Shown: piece by piece, positions 1 through 13,626 of the stretch
How positions within the stretch are numbered: position 1 is the first letter of the stretch
Layout of the letters: every line of letters begins with the position of its first letter
DNA from: Octopus vulgaris
Lineage: Eukaryota
Direction: 5' to 3'
Length of the DNA stretch: 64,000 nucleotides
Assembly (NCBI GenBank): GCA_951406725.2
Contig: OX597839.1
Location: 9,300,001 to 9,364,000, forward strand
Position numbers and translations under genes: made by a program
Notes under the pieces: generated by a model
Databases searched by the model: none
The model's input: the letters and a program-made list of their open reading frames with translations, nothing else
What the model was told of the DNA's origin: nothing

Positions 1-19
1 TGGCACCTGTGATGTCGCA

Positions 20-158
20 AATCATTTCTACAGCTGAGTGAACTGGGCCAACGTGAAATAAAGTGTATTGCTCAAGAACACAACACGCAGCCCGGTCCAG
101 GATTTGAACTCATAACCTCAAAATCATAAGCTCGATGCTCTAACTACTGAGTCATGCA
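20..158 (-). mobile_element. tRNA-derived SINE head fragment
   Basis: Minus strand reads tgcatgactcagtagttagagc...gagttcaaatcctggacc (Pol III A/B-box-like), followed by tgtgttcttgagcaa; resembles the head of the SINE at 49186. Confidence 0.65.
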
Positions 159-464
159 TAATATACATATATAGCACAGTTGAAACACTCTTGTCACAAC
201 CTGGGGCCTTGAAGACTGCTATAATGCAAGAAAGTATACTAGTCCCTTAATATTTTATATTCAATCTTTCATCTATTCAATAAGACAATCAATACTTCAT
301 TTCATTTTACTATATATATATTATTTATACTATATATTCTATATATATTATTTATTCTATATATTCTATATTCTACATTAATATAAAAAAAGAATATAAA
401 TAAAACATAAAAAACAGAGTTGGAATTTTTTTGAATAATATATATATATATATATATATGGATG

Positions 465-613
465 TATATACGATGGGCTTCTTTCAGTTTCTGTCAACCA
501 AATCCACTCACAAGGCTCTGGTCAGCCTGAGGTTATAGGAGAAGGTACTTGCAATGGGACTGAACCTGGAACCATGTGGTTGGGAAACAAGCTTCTTACC
601 ACACAGCCATGCC
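465..613 (-). mobile_element. SINE-1 5' half
   Basis: Matches the head of the SINE-1 copies at 12586 and 27042. Confidence 0.85.
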
Positions 614-624
614 TTCACCTGTTT

Positions 625-1127
<503 letters not shown>

Positions 1128-1505
1128 GATACACACATATACAGAATATATAATGGGGGTGTGCAGGATATGCATGCATATATTTATACAAGCCTGCTCA
1201 GAGATTTATTTTCTCCTTCACTGTATTTCACAACAAAGGTTGCCCACACATGCTTTGCCCACAGTAAATTGCAAAAGATCTAACAACAGTGCTTCCTGTT
1301 TATATAAGGCTTTCAAACTCACAGAGAGAGAGAAAAAAAAACCATTCAAGTCCCACAATAAAGCACAACAGGCATCTAATGCAGTGCAATGCAGCCATCA
1401 CAATCACCACCACCACCACCACCACCACTTAATGAGATACTGTTGAATATAACATTTTATAAATAAATAAAAATAGCAAATAGATATATAAAATAAACTA
1501 AGTAT

Positions 1506-1546
<41 letters not shown>

Positions 1547-2212
1547 GTGGAATAAATGAGTAAATAAACTGTCAGCTGCAAAGCACCGTCTACTGCATAT
1601 TAACAATGCATCATGCAGCAGCAGCTGCTGATGTTTTTGATATTATTGCTCTTGTCAGGATACAGACATGCAATACTATCTGACTGTAAGGATTGCTCAT
1701 TCAGCACCAGAGCCTGCAACAATTTTGAAGGCTTTCAGTAATGATATCGCCCAGATAACAATAACAACTACTTCTAATTTATGCACAGGGCCAACAATTT
1801 TTAAGAAGAGGGGGTTCAGTCGATTAGATTAACCCCAGTACTAGACAGGTATTTTATTTTATTGATCCCAGAGAGATAAAAGACGAGGCTAACTCTGGTG
1901 GGATTTGAACTTCAGAATATAAAATTTTAACAAATGCTGCAAAGCAGTTTTCCCAATGCTCTAACAATCCTGCTCGCTTTACTGCTCTTATTGACTTCAA
2001 ATTTTGGCACAAATCTAGCAATTTCAAGCGAGGACATAAACCAATTGAAGACCCTATTCCCAAGGCCCCCATAGGAATAGTGAACCAAAAGAAAAAAATG
2101 GATAGATGGATACTGAAGATTACAGTGAAAACAAAGATAATATTGAGGGGGCAATGATCAAAATATTGATAATAATGATAATAACGATGATGATGATGAT
2201 GATATTTCACTT

Positions 2213-2577
2213 ATGGCTGTATGGTAAGAAGCTTGCTTTCCAACCACATGGTTCCAGGTTCAGTTCCACAGTGTGGCACCTTGGGCAAGTGCCTTCTACA
2301 ATAGTCCCTTGTTAGTGGATTTGGTAGATGGAAACTGAAAGAAGCTTGTTATATATCTGTGTATCTATGTCTGTTTGTCCCCCCACCCTCATCACCGTTT
2401 GACAACCAGTGTCGGTGTGTTTACGTCCCTGTAACTTAGCAGTTCGGTACAAGAGACTGATGAAGTAAGTACCAGGTTTTAAAAAAACCAGTACTGGGGT
2501 GAATACATCCAACTAAAATTTCAAGGTAGTGCCCCAGCATGGCCACAATCAAATGACTGAAATAAGTAAAAGATAAA
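2213..2577 (+). mobile_element. SINE-1 (diverged full-length copy)
   Basis: tggctgtatggtaag head, gcaccttgggcaagt CORE-like motif, 3' end aaatgactgaaataagtaaaaga. Confidence 0.85.
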
Positions 2578-2640
2578 ATTCAGAAGTGTGTGTGTGGGGG
2601 GGTGGATGTTTATGAGTGTCTGTGCATATGTGCACACATG

Positions 2641-2673
<33 letters not shown>

Positions 2674-2939
2674 TAAAATTATATGTAAACTTACAAAGCA
2701 GACACAAAGCTTGTCAAGTTCACCTTATTTCTCCATAGACTGAAAACATGATGGACAGTTTTTAATCTATTTTAACCCTTAATGAGAGAACTCATAAATG
2801 TTTGTTGTACTATTTATGCTAGCAGCATGCTTTTAACAGAGGGCCAGTGAGGGAGAATTTTTGAGAAGTAAATTAACTCCTTTAACAGCATGTAATTATT
2901 GAAATTTTGAGAAATGACAAGTGTAGTAATAAATGGGTG

Positions 2940-3322
2940 GTGGCTGGATGGAGAAGGGCAGGGGAAGATAGGAGAGGGCGAAGGGCAGGAGGGGGTGAAG
3001 GACAAGAGGGACGTAAGGGCAGGAGGGGAGAAGGGCAAGAGGAGAGGAGAGGGAAGAAGGGCAGGAGGGGAAGGGGGAGGAATAAGGGCAGGAGGGGGAG
3101 GAGGGAAGGAGGAGAGGGAAGAAGGGCAAGCGGAAAGTAGGAGGAGGAAGGGCAGGAGGGGAGGGGGAGAGGGAAGAAGGGCAGGCAGAGAAGAGGAGGA
3201 GGAAGAAGGGCAGGAGGGGGGGGAGAAAGAAGGGCAAGGGGAAAGGAGGAGGAGGAAGGGCATGAGGGGAGGAGGAGAAAGAAGGGGAGGAGGGGAAGGG
3301 AGGAGAAGGAGAGGATGATGAG
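2940..3322 (+). repeat. Polypurine G-rich low-complexity tract
   Basis: Almost all G/A with recurring aagggcaggagg motifs. Confidence 0.9.
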
Positions 3323-3759
3323 AGCAATGACATTAATGATGGTCACTTCACTGCCCTTGATTACAGCAATGAAGCTTCAATGACAATGGCGGTGGCTTTG
3401 TAAATACTGACAGTGACTGTCTTCTGTTGATATTAACTACAACACTATATTGGTGATGACAATGGCACTGATGACAGATGATTACTACAACATGGATGGC
3501 AGTGGTGATGGTAATGTGGAAGAATTCCATTAGACTAAAAAAAAAAAAAACATCTCTGATGGGACAGACTAAAGACTTCTGTGTTCTGTAAAACAACAAT
3601 TAGTAATTGCATACAAATATTCACAAAAAAAAAAGGTAGCATAAGAAATGAGCCAATGAAGGAGCTCCATGTGCTAACTCAACATGCAAGAAATAGCAGT
3701 CAAATCACACTCTGCTATCTTGGAAAAGGGAGGAGACACATTGGATAATGAATCATCAT

Positions 3760-4076
3760 ATCATCATCATCATGATCGTTTAGCGTTCGCTTTCCATGCT
3801 GGCATGGGTTGGACGGTTCAACTAGGGTCTGGGAAGCCAGAAGGCTGCACCAGGTCCAGTCTGATCTGGCAATGTTTCTACGGCTGGATGCCCTTCCTAA
3901 CGCCAACCACTCCGTAAGTGTAGTGGGTGCTTTTTACGTGCCACTGGCACAGGTGCCAGATGAGGCTGGCAAACTGCCACGATCGGATGGTGATTTTTAC
4001 ATGCCACCGGCACGGAGGCCAGGCGAGGCTGGCAACAGCCACGATTGGATGGTGCTTTTTACGTGCCACTGGCACA
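3760..4076 (-). mobile_element. RTE-clade LINE 3' UTR fragment (family R3)
   Basis: (CAT)n tail at left, ggatgcccttcctaacgccaacc motif and tandem gtgccaccggcac hairpin units. Longer copies at 10290 and 58165 are joined to RTE C-terminal coding sequence. Confidence 0.75.
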
Positions 4077-4150
4077 ATTAATGTGCAATAACTGAGAGAA
4101 GGATGAAATAATTGTGGCTGGATCATAGGCCTGCTCAGTATAATCTCAAA

Positions 4151-4512
4151 TACCGTAAATCTTCGAGTATAGTCCGCCCTTGAGTATAATACGCAGGGGA
4201 TTTTTAGGGGGCTGTACTTCTAAAAAACCTTGTGTATAATACGCACCCCTTCTCCAACTTGAGCTGTATGTAATTAAGCCAGCAGCACCTAGTCAAACAA
4301 ACACTTCTGCGCATGCATAATACAATAATGGTGATGTTCTTAACTGTTATATGAGAATGTAAATATGTTTGTAAATTGTTTTTGCTACATGTTATTCTGT
4401 GTTCTGAATACTTTTATTTTAATAAATGTTGCTTACTGCAAGTTATGGATGATTCTTTTATGACTTCATTGCTTTCAGGCTTAGCTTAAGGTATTTTCGC
4501 ACCCAACATCAC

Positions 4513-4547
<35 letters not shown>

Positions 4548-5055
4548 TTAGCGTCCGCTTTCCATGCTAGCATGGGTTGGACAGTTCAACTGGGGTCTGG
4601 GAAGCCAGAAGGCTGCACCAGGCCCAGTCTGATCTAGCAATGTTTCTATGGCTGGATGCCCTTGCTAACGCCAACCACTCCGTGAGTGTAGTGGGTGCTT
4701 TTTACATGCCACCTGCACAGGTGCCAGACAAGGCTGGCAAACGACCACGGTCGGATGTTGCTTTTTACGTGCCTCCGGCACGGGGGCCAGGCGAGGCTGC
4801 CAACAGCCACGTTCAGATGGTTCGCTTATGTGCCACCGGCACTGGTATCACAACTACAATTTCCATTGATGTTGACCAATTTCGATTCTCACTTGCCTCA
4901 ACAGGTCTGAATAAACATTGCCGGGCAGCAAATAGAGACTCGGACATTGCTTAGAAAATATTTTTCATTTTTAACCTCATATATAGTACGCACTAGGGAT
5001 TTTGATCTTTAAATTTTGGGGGAAAAGTGCGGATTATACTTGAGGATTTACGTTA
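4151..5055. mobile_element. Tc2/pogo-type non-autonomous DNA transposon with a nested R3 fragment (about 4517-4908)
   Basis: Left TIR ta-ccgtaaatcttcgagtatagtccgc; right TIR reverse complement ta-acgtaaatcctcaagtataatccgc; TA at both ends; subterminal gtataatacgca repeats. Confidence 0.75.
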
Positions 5056-5573
5056 TTACACAACCATTTACGGTATTACACAATCTCAAAATATTACATG
5101 ACCTAGGAAGCAGAACCTCATGAAGAAGATGACAAAGAACCACAAGTGGTAGGACACTATGCTGAAAATAACTCATATAAACCATCCATTATACAAAAAT
5201 TAATGCAAACTGATGATGATATTTGCTATATACATTCTGAAACAGTCATGTACTACAGTAAGCTCTCGGATTATTCTTCAGTAGCTTTGTACCAGACATC
5301 ACTACAAGAGAAGAGCTGCTGTTGAGAAGTTGATGACATCATGATGAATCTAGTTAGCAACTGATTGATGAGAAAGGAATGTATGTAGATAAATTGTTTT
5401 ATTTATAATGCTTTTGCCAAGTTAGTCATTCATTATATTCATTATATACATGTATGGCTTATTTAGTCACAATGCAGTTCTACTGTACAACTAGTGTACA
5501 ATCTTGTATATTTACTTAGAGATTATCTATTATAACTACTTCCGTAAATGCAGTAAAGTCCAAGCTTTGCTGA

Positions 5574-5916
5574 TAAGGGTTCTCAAACATTTCTTATTCA
5601 TACAATTTTTATTCTGGTGGACCCCCATAACTATTCAATGCTTAAAAACTAGTTTTATGGAAATTTCTTTCAAAATTCCTGGGGGGGGGGTCTTTTTTTT
5701 TTTTTTTACACATTCACTTGTGTAGGTTGAAACTATGTAAACATTAGAGAAAGAAGCCTAACTGTTTCTTGCAATACATACATCTAAAGCAAAAATTTTT
5801 CAGGGGCCTTTAAAATACCATTGTGTTTCCCAGTTTATCATTTTGTTGCATGGAAAAAAAAAAAAATTCTTATATGGACCCTCAGGGGCCATATAGACAC
5901 TGGTTAAGAACCACTG
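5574..5916 (+). mobile_element. hAT-type MITE
   Basis: Ends in ggttaagaaccactg; body matches the copies at 38526 and 48345. Confidence 0.65.
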
Positions 5917-6069
5917 AAGACAGAAACATATCCAGAGTTGTTCTCCCTGTACTTGCTGAAATGAAATAATGTCATTCTATGACAAATACCTTTTCCTCAG
6001 TCTAATTATTTCCAATAAGCTCTTTAATGTTCCAAGCATTAAAACATGTCAACTAATTTTAGTTACTGT

Positions 6070-6297
6070 TTAACCCTTTAGCATTCAGATTATTCTGTCA
6101 AAAGTAATGCTTATTTATTCACACTGTTTTGAATTAATCCTGCATTATCTTGTAACTTCAAGACTTTGATGACGCAGTAATTTATTTTTAGAATGACATT
6201 GTAAAGTATGTGTGAGGGGCCAGATTTGGCCAATTTGAACAATAAACAGGTAGAATATTTTGGATGGATATGGCCAGTTTAAATGCTAAATGGTTAA
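6070..6297 (+). mobile_element. piggyBac-like MITE family A
   Basis: TTAA-ccctttagcatt...aatgctaaatgg-TTAA. Other copies at about 13899, 18519 (partial), 23327, 24498, 27834, 30488, 31458, 41284, 44166, 44577, 48930 (partial) and 58711. Confidence 0.85.
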
Positions 6298-6689
6298 CAT
6301 TCTTTGCATTAAATAATGCAATAAATATCAAGAAGTTAACTAGTAATATCTAACTAAGAAAAAACATTAAGGAAACAAGTAATGTTAGTTAATGAAATAT
6401 CCCAGCTTCTTTTAAGTACTTCTACTGGGCACTTGCTCATACTACCCTGCTATATGGCTGTAAGATGTGGCCAATAAAAAACGTGTCAGACTTAAGCAAA
6501 CTGAAAGTAAATGGCCACCTTGCCTTTGTCATCATTGCACATTGGATTTTGTGTTGCTCTACAGACTTTTCTCAATGCTAGATTGATTCCCTTCAACAAC
6601 TCATACTGGAAAGATTCCTCCATTGATTAAGTCATGCACTCCAATGTCCTAGAGCAAACTCGTCCATAATGCACACCAGAGCCCCACCT

Positions 6690-6810
6690 TCGTCATCATC
6701 ATTGTTCAAACGTGGTCGAGACAATGGAATTTACTATGTTACGCCAGACTTCACGGCCCATCATAGCATTACGGAGGTCCTGTCGCTGGGTGCATGTATC
6801 CCTGGTGATT
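6690..6810 (-). mobile_element. 5'-truncated RTE-like LINE 3' end
   Basis: Same sequence as 9040-9160, with a (CAT)n tail. Confidence 0.85.
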
Positions 6811-7240
6811 ACATATTAGTACATTGTTACAAAGATGTTTCACATATTATTGTTTGTATTGTCTTGTCTCTCCCCCATTTCTTGTAAAGTTGGTTCTTTT
6901 GTCAGAAATCACATCTGTATTGTAATCCATAACATCATCCCTTCTGAAAGTATTGAAATGCCATGTCAATAGGTGTCAATAGGGATGTGTATTTCAACCT
7001 TGCATGTATAAGAGTCAACCACAGTAGCCCTGTTTAGTCGAAAATTTATGCATTGGACATATGTAACTGCTGAGAGTGACTAGCTTGTGTTCATAATGCT
7101 GTAGATTCACTGGTTACAGCCCATCCGACACACTGAAGGTTGCACTTTGGATGTCTTCTACAATATCTCTCAGCTGATCAATGTCTTGTGAGTGAATTTT
7201 GTAGACAGAAACTGTGAGGAAGCCCGCCACTTGATAACTG

Positions 7241-7455
7241 GTACTCTTTTACTCTATCTTTTACTTGTTTCAGTCATTTGACTGCGGCCATGCTGGAGCA
7301 CCGCCTTTAGTCGAGCAAATCAACCCCGGGACTTATTCTTTGTAAGCCCAGTACTTATTCAATCGGTCTCTTTTGCCGAACCGCTAAGTGACGGAGACGT
7401 AAACACACCAGCATCGGTTGTCAAGCAATGCTAGGGGGACAAACACAGACACACA

Positions 7456-7553
<98 letters not shown>

Positions 7554-7703
7554 TACGACAGGCTTCTTTCAGTTTCTGTCTACCAAATCCACTCACAAGG
7601 CATTGGTCGGCCCGGGGCTATAGCAGAAGACATTTGCCCAAGATGCCATGTAGTGGGACTGAACCCGGAACCATGTGGTTGGTTAGCAAGCTACTTACCA
7701 CAC
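7241..7703 (-). mobile_element. SINE-1 near full-length
   Basis: Whole body including the internal (TA)n tract. Confidence 0.92.
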
Positions 7704-7928
7704 ATGGTTTTCTTTTCGATTTTTTTTTTTTTTTGTTTCAAACTGCGGCCATACTGGAACAATCCCTGTAGCTTAGCAGTTAGAGAGACCATTAAAATAA
7801 GTAGAAGATATTAAGAAAACCGTAGTTAATGCGTTTGACTAAAAATGATTTTCAAGCTGGTGACCCAGCATGACCGCAGCCTAAACACTGAAACATGTAA
7901 TAAATACATACACACACAAAGTATGTGT

Positions 7929-7966
<38 letters not shown>

Positions 7967-7979
7967 CAGACAGACAGAC

Positions 7980-8020
<41 letters not shown>

Positions 8021-8106
8021 GAGAGAGAGAGATGAATTATGAAGTATTCGATTTGTTTATTTACTTCTGCTTAAGAAATAATATGATATCAGTGTGGATA
8101 ATAATA

Positions 8107-8152
<46 letters not shown>

Positions 8153-9039
8153 TAACAATAACAAGAAGAAGAAGAAGAAGAAGAAATAAAAAATAAAAAG
8201 AGAAGCATTAAAGCCATATTTTTCCATAACGTGCAAACACAGAGCAATATAGCTGATTCTCTATTAGAAACAAAACAAAGAGAAAAGAGACCGATTTTTG
8301 AGTCTCTAGTCATGACAGAGATACAATCGATTTTTCAATGGAATGTGTAAGACTGATTTCCTAAACAAAGAAAACAGAACTGATTTGCTGGCGACCTTGC
8401 CAAACACATCACATGGCATTTCAATACTTTCAGAAGGGATGATGTTATGGATTACAATACAGATGTGATTTCTGACAAAAGAACCAACTTTACAAGAAAT
8501 GGGGGAAAGACAAGACAATACAAACAATAATATGTGAAACATCTTTGCAACAATGTACTAATATGTAATAGCAGAATTCTTAAATCATCTCAATGCAAAA
8601 TAATGAGAAATCAAAAATTAATTTTTATTTTATTTTTTCATTTTTTTTTTCACCCCTTTTTTTTTTCTGATTTCTTTAAAATATTGAGATTAATCTTTTT
8701 AAAGGGATTTCCATGATAATTTCCATCAATGATTTTTTGGTTTGGAGGAAAAAAAAGGTATTTCCTCCCTACTTGAATCACACACTATTTATAACATGTT
8801 AACTGACAAAACACAATCTCACAGCAATGATACAAATAAGAATGTACACACACATACAGACACACATGTATGCATGCACACATGTATGCATGCACACATG
8901 TATGCATGCACACATGCAAGCAGTTACAAATGGAAATAAAAAAAGTAAATTTATAAGACCAATCTTTTATCTTTCACTTGTTACAGTCATTTAACCGTGG
9001 CCATGTTGGAGCATCATATTGAAGGGCTTTAGTCAAACA

Positions 9040-9497
9040 TCATCATCATCATCATTGTTCGACCGTGGTCGAGACAATGGAATTTACCATGCTACGCCAG
9101 ACTTCACGGTCCATCATGGCATTACGGAGGTCCTGTTGCTGGATGCCTGTATCCCTGGAGATTATATCAGGGTAGGAGAGTGTGCGCCCTCTGGTATTGC
9201 GAGTAGATGGCTTCCAGAGGAGAAGAGTAGAAATTACCTCTTTTTCAGCTCTACAATAATGTCCAGCAAACTGGACTCTCTTACCTTTCACAAGAGATGA
9301 CACAGGTGGTAGTTTCCCATATATTTGCATTTTGGTTGGATGGCGCTTCCACGAGAGATTTTGAGCTCTCATAAGGAGGCGAGTGTAGGTTCCATCCAAC
9401 CGCCTCTCAAGCTTCTTCGATAACATCCAGGTTTCTGAGCCATATAGTAGAATTGGTTCGACTGTGGCTTTGAAGATTTCAAGTTTGAAGTCTCTAC
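9040..9497 (-). mobile_element. 5'-truncated RTE-like LINE inserted into a SINE-1 copy
   Basis: Encodes ...ATVEPILLYGSETWMLSKKLERRLDGTYTRLL...MMDREVWR (RT thumb/C-terminus); (GAT)n tail; 11-bp TSD ttagtcaaaca at 9029-9039 and 9498-9508. Confidence 0.9.
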
Positions 9498-9799
9498 TTA
9501 GTCAAACAAATCAACCCCGGGACATATTATTTTTCTCTTTTAGAACTTATTCTATTGGTCTCTTTTGCCAAACTGCTAAGTTACAGGGATGTAAATACAC
9601 CAACACCAGCTGCCAAATGGTGGTGGGGAACAAATACAAACACAGACATACAAACATATATATACACAAAAAGGTATGATGTATATAGTAATTATTTACT
9701 GGATGTAGATGTGCCCAACTATTTTCCTTTCCACAGAGAGAAAGAGAGCATGGTATTAAAAAGAGACATGAAATTATTGAAAATGTTATTTGTATATTT

Positions 9800-9997
9800 G
9801 TTTTGTTTAATCCTGGGTTAGCCCAAATAGAGCAGACCAATGTTCAAAGGTACCCTATTTACAACAATCCTGTCTTTTTCACAGGTGTCATGCAACCAGG
9901 TTTACATCATCCAATGTGTCGTCTGCAACTAATTTAAAGCAGTAGTGTGTGATTTGAGGGATATAACTGCTATTTCTAGCTAGTTGAGTGACCACAT
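9800..9997 (-). repeat. Dispersed repeat family D (unclassified, SINE-like)
   Basis: gctatttctagc...gagtgaccac motif and an (aac)n-type end; related pieces at about 3660, 12225, 23830, 25545, 46435 and 57895. Confidence 0.55.
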
Positions 9998-10289
9998 ATA
10001 GTCCATTTCTGGCTTCTTGTTGTTGTTGCCTCAGCTCAGCATACATTCAACAAATGCACGATATTTAAAACTGTATCATTTAATGTTCCTTCGTTGCAAT
10101 TCGAGACAGATTTGGTTGTTATTTCTAGTAGACCAGGCAACAAGTTTGGCCCATCAATTGGATTATGCAGATGTTTCTGTGTACATAGATAAACCACATC
10201 TCTCTTTTTGCATATGTAGTGATATGCAATATATAATTTTTATTCTTATTGACGACGCCGACGACGCCAATGACTCACCATCACCACCA

Positions 10290-10750
10290 CTACCACCATC
10301 ATTTAATGTCCATTTTCCATGCCGGCATGGGTTGGATGATTTGACTGGAACTGGACAGCTGAAGAGCTGCCTGGGCTTCATGTCTGCTTCAGTATAGTTT
10401 CTATGGCTGGATGTTTTTATGAAGCACTGGCATGGGTGTTTTTATGCGACATCAGTATGGGTGCTTTTTACAAGGCACCAGCACCCATGAGCCCACAAGA
10501 TTAGGAATGTTCAGCTGAAAAGAGATGCAGGGGACACACTTGTATGCATGGACAACTACAATTTTACTTAGCTTGATGTATCTTCTCAAGCACAGTAAAT
10601 CACAGGAGTCTCATCCCTCTGTCATCCCCTCTGTGAGGCCCAACATCTGAAGATCCTTTCTCATCACTTTGTCCCACATTTTCCTAGGTGTACTCCTTCC
10701 ATATGTTCCTTCCACAATTAGAGATCAGTACCTCTTGATGTAACTGACAT
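10290..10750 (-). mobile_element. RTE-clade LINE 3' end (coding remnant plus R3 UTR)
   Basis: Minus strand VEGTYGRSTPRKMWDKVMRKDLQMLGL resembles the RTE GRPRKTW..DL C-terminus; followed by the R3 UTR. Confidence 0.75.
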
Positions 10751-10757
10751 TTTATAG

Positions 10758-11045
10758 AAGTTAAGTTTAAGTTAAGTTAACTTTTTTGGCTCAAAAAGCA
10801 AAAGCATGGCCATGTAGGAGGACATGGAGTTATGTACAGGGAGGGTGTTCATGCAAAGAGTTCAGGCCATTTCTGGTCAAGAGAATCTTTGAACCGAGCG
10901 GTCGTTGGCATCTTCACTATCTCGTCCGGCAGCTTATTCCACGGATCTGCAACCCGGACGGAGAAAGCTCCTCTCCTTCGATTGAGATGAAATCGTCGCA
11001 GATAGAGCTTTTCGGAGTGACCCCGCAGCCGACGCTCTGGAGCAG
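10758..11045 (-). mobile_element. CR1-clade LINE 3' end
   Basis: Minus strand RLRGHSEKLYLRRFHLNRRRGAFSVRVADPWNKLPDEIV (CR1 RGH..F..RV..WN.LP motif); (cttaa)n tail. Confidence 0.88.
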
Positions 11046-11807
11046 AAATATTAAACTACCCCAGGACATGACAGGCATTTTATTTACTTTATTTTATCAG
11101 CCTGCAATGAATGAAAAACAAATTTAATCATTGTTGGATTTGAACTCAGAACATAAATAGCACAATTGGATACCACAACCAAGTTTATCCACTGCTCCAA
11201 TGATTCTACGAAATTCAGTTTGGTGGGTAGAAAAAGATTTCCAGTTACAGTCATAGAATTCAGTGTAAACAATCAGTTCTAAAGCACATTAGTTTCCAAG
11301 ATATTTTTTAAAAATATAAACAAAAAAATAAATAAATAAATAAATAGACAAACTTAGAACCAAAGAATGAAAATAAAGTTATTATCCATGAAAGATATGA
11401 CAGAAAAAAATTATTCCATATAATTCTTTTTTTTTCTTTTTCTTATTGTTAATTTTCCATTGGAAACATGACTATAAATATATACCGAGTCTTGGTATCC
11501 ATGCAAAAGAACTGTATGATGTCATAACAGCATAAGACCAGCTTACATTCACATATATTTTATCACACACACACACACACAAACACATACACACACACAA
11601 TTTGACAATTTGTTAGGGGGTAACCAAGCAGAAGATTATGTGATGCTGTAAGGGTGTTGAGACCCAGTCACATCCATTTATTCACACACACATACACACA
11701 AACAGAGACAAGTTGTTGAAGGAGTAACCAAGCACAAGATTACGTGATACCATAATGGTAGTGTACAACCAGCTAACATATTCACATACATTTTCTGACA
11801 CGCACAC

Positions 11808-11880
<73 letters not shown>

Positions 11881-12585
11881 GAGAGTGAGTGAGAGAGAGA
11901 GAGAGTGAGAGAGAGGGGGGGCAATATTCAAGCAATTCAGTATTTCTTTATCTGGTAATTTTTCCAGCTTGCTACTGTGTGAATAAATTTATACCAAGCC
12001 AATGAGAGAAACTTTAAAAGACCAACAAGACTTGTCAATTCAACAAAATGGGAATAAAAAGTGTTTTTCAGGGTTTTATTTTCTTCCCCACAGAGTTGCT
12101 CAACACGTGTCATAATAGAAATGGATTTGTGAAATTGATACTAAATATAAGAGATGGGTAAAACAAAATTCTAATCTATGCCTGCATTTCCCCAAACACT
12201 ATTTGCACTAAATTTTTATGTCACTGTTTAGCCACAATCAGCTCTGATCAAGCAGACCTCCTGTGATCAAGAGCATCTCTTCCAGCTGTTACCAACACGT
12301 CATTTTGTATGTCTTAGATTGAAAACAGTAGGATATGATTTGGGGACATTTAGCTGTCATTTCTAACAGCCGAACTGAGTCTTCTAAAATATTGATTTCT
12401 GACTTAATCACAAAGTCAACAAATTGCTTTCTGTAGTAAAGCGGATACAGACAATTTATACAAATACTAGCACCTTTTACTTTATGTTCCCTAGAACAAA
12501 AGGCAAACTCTAAACCAACAGGGTAATACTGGTCTGTAACATAGAAAACCAAAAAAATCTTCATGGGGTATATACAGCCAATCAT

Positions 12586-12985
12586 ACAGGAGTGGCTGTG
12601 TGGTAAGTAGCTTGTTTACCAACCACATGGTTCTGGGTTCAGTCCCACTGCGTGGCACCTTGGGCAAGTGTCTTCTACTATAGCCTTGGACCGACCAAAG
12701 CCTTGTGAGTGGATTTGGTAGGCGGAAACTGAAAGAAGCCCGTTGTATATATGTATATATATATGTGTGTGCGTGTATGTTTGTGTGTCCGTGTTTGTCC
12801 CCCTAGCATTGCTTGACAACCGATGCTGGTGTGTTTATGTCCCCGTCACTTAGCGGTTCGGCAAAAGAGACCGACAGAATAAGTACTGGGCTTACAAAGA
12901 ATAAGTCCCGGGGTCAAGTTGCTCGATTAAAGGCGGTGCTCCAGCATGGCCGCAGTCAAAATGACTGAAACAAGTAAAAAGAGAA
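12586..12985 (+). mobile_element. SINE-1 full-length
   Basis: A box tggctgtgtggtaag, B box ggttcagtccc, CORE-like ccttgggcaagt, internal (TA)n(TG)n, tail aaacaagtaaaa. Confidence 0.93.
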
Positions 12986-13200
12986 AAAAAAAAAAGAGAT
13001 ATTGGTTTCAAATTTTGGTACAAGGCCAGCAGTTTTGGATAAGGAGGTAAGTTGTTCACACCAACCCCAGTGTTTCACTGGTACTTATTTTACCAACCCT
13101 GAAAAGATGAAAGACAAAGTCGACCTCAGCAGAATTTGAACTCAGTATGTAGATACAAACAAAATGCCTCTCAGCATTTTGCCCATCTCCTTAACAATTT

Positions 13201-13626
13201 GGATCTTTTCGGTTTGAACAGCAGTTTTTTCTAGCGGTGTCATATGAAATTGTTACCCATAATTATGACCCTAGTATCGATCTATTGCATTTCAATCTGT
13301 TTTAGGGTTAGGGTTAGTTAGGATAAGGGGTGGGGAAAGGGTATCTTTTTTTCTTCACAAATGTATATAAACCCAATCTGTTTCTTAAACGAGGGACATA
13401 TTCATACGGCACAGAATGTTTTCATCTCAATAGACGTCATTGATTGGTTGAAATTGCAGAAATTGAAGAAAAAAAACAACAAATATCTTATAAACTATAG
13501 AATTCTCTCAATAAAGCCAAGAGGAAAAGATGTTTTATAAACACATTCTACCAGTATACGAAGTTTAAAAGTTTTTAGTTACGTGGAAATTATTTTAAAA
13601 AACTGCTGTTCAAACCGAAAAGATCC
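13201..13626. mobile_element. TIR element (Merlin-like) inserted into a SINE-2 copy
   Basis: About 29-bp perfect TIR ggatcttttcggtttgaacagcagttttt; flanks aacaattt and aacaattc (8-bp TSD, 1 mismatch); GG...CC ends; internal ttagggttaggg. Confidence 0.75.

Noticed and set aside
1659-1685. 27-nt micro-exon (cag|GATACAGAC...ACT|gtaagg)
   Set aside because: Weak polypyrimidine tract and no other support; expected by chance in 64 kb.
7428-7814. Recurrent ORF ...YQIHSQGFGRPEAIVEDTCPRCHAVGLNPEPCGW as a gene family
   Set aside because: It is the antisense translation of SINE-1 copies.
13302-13322. Telomere remnant or fusion site
   Set aside because: Only about 3 units, internal to a TIR element.
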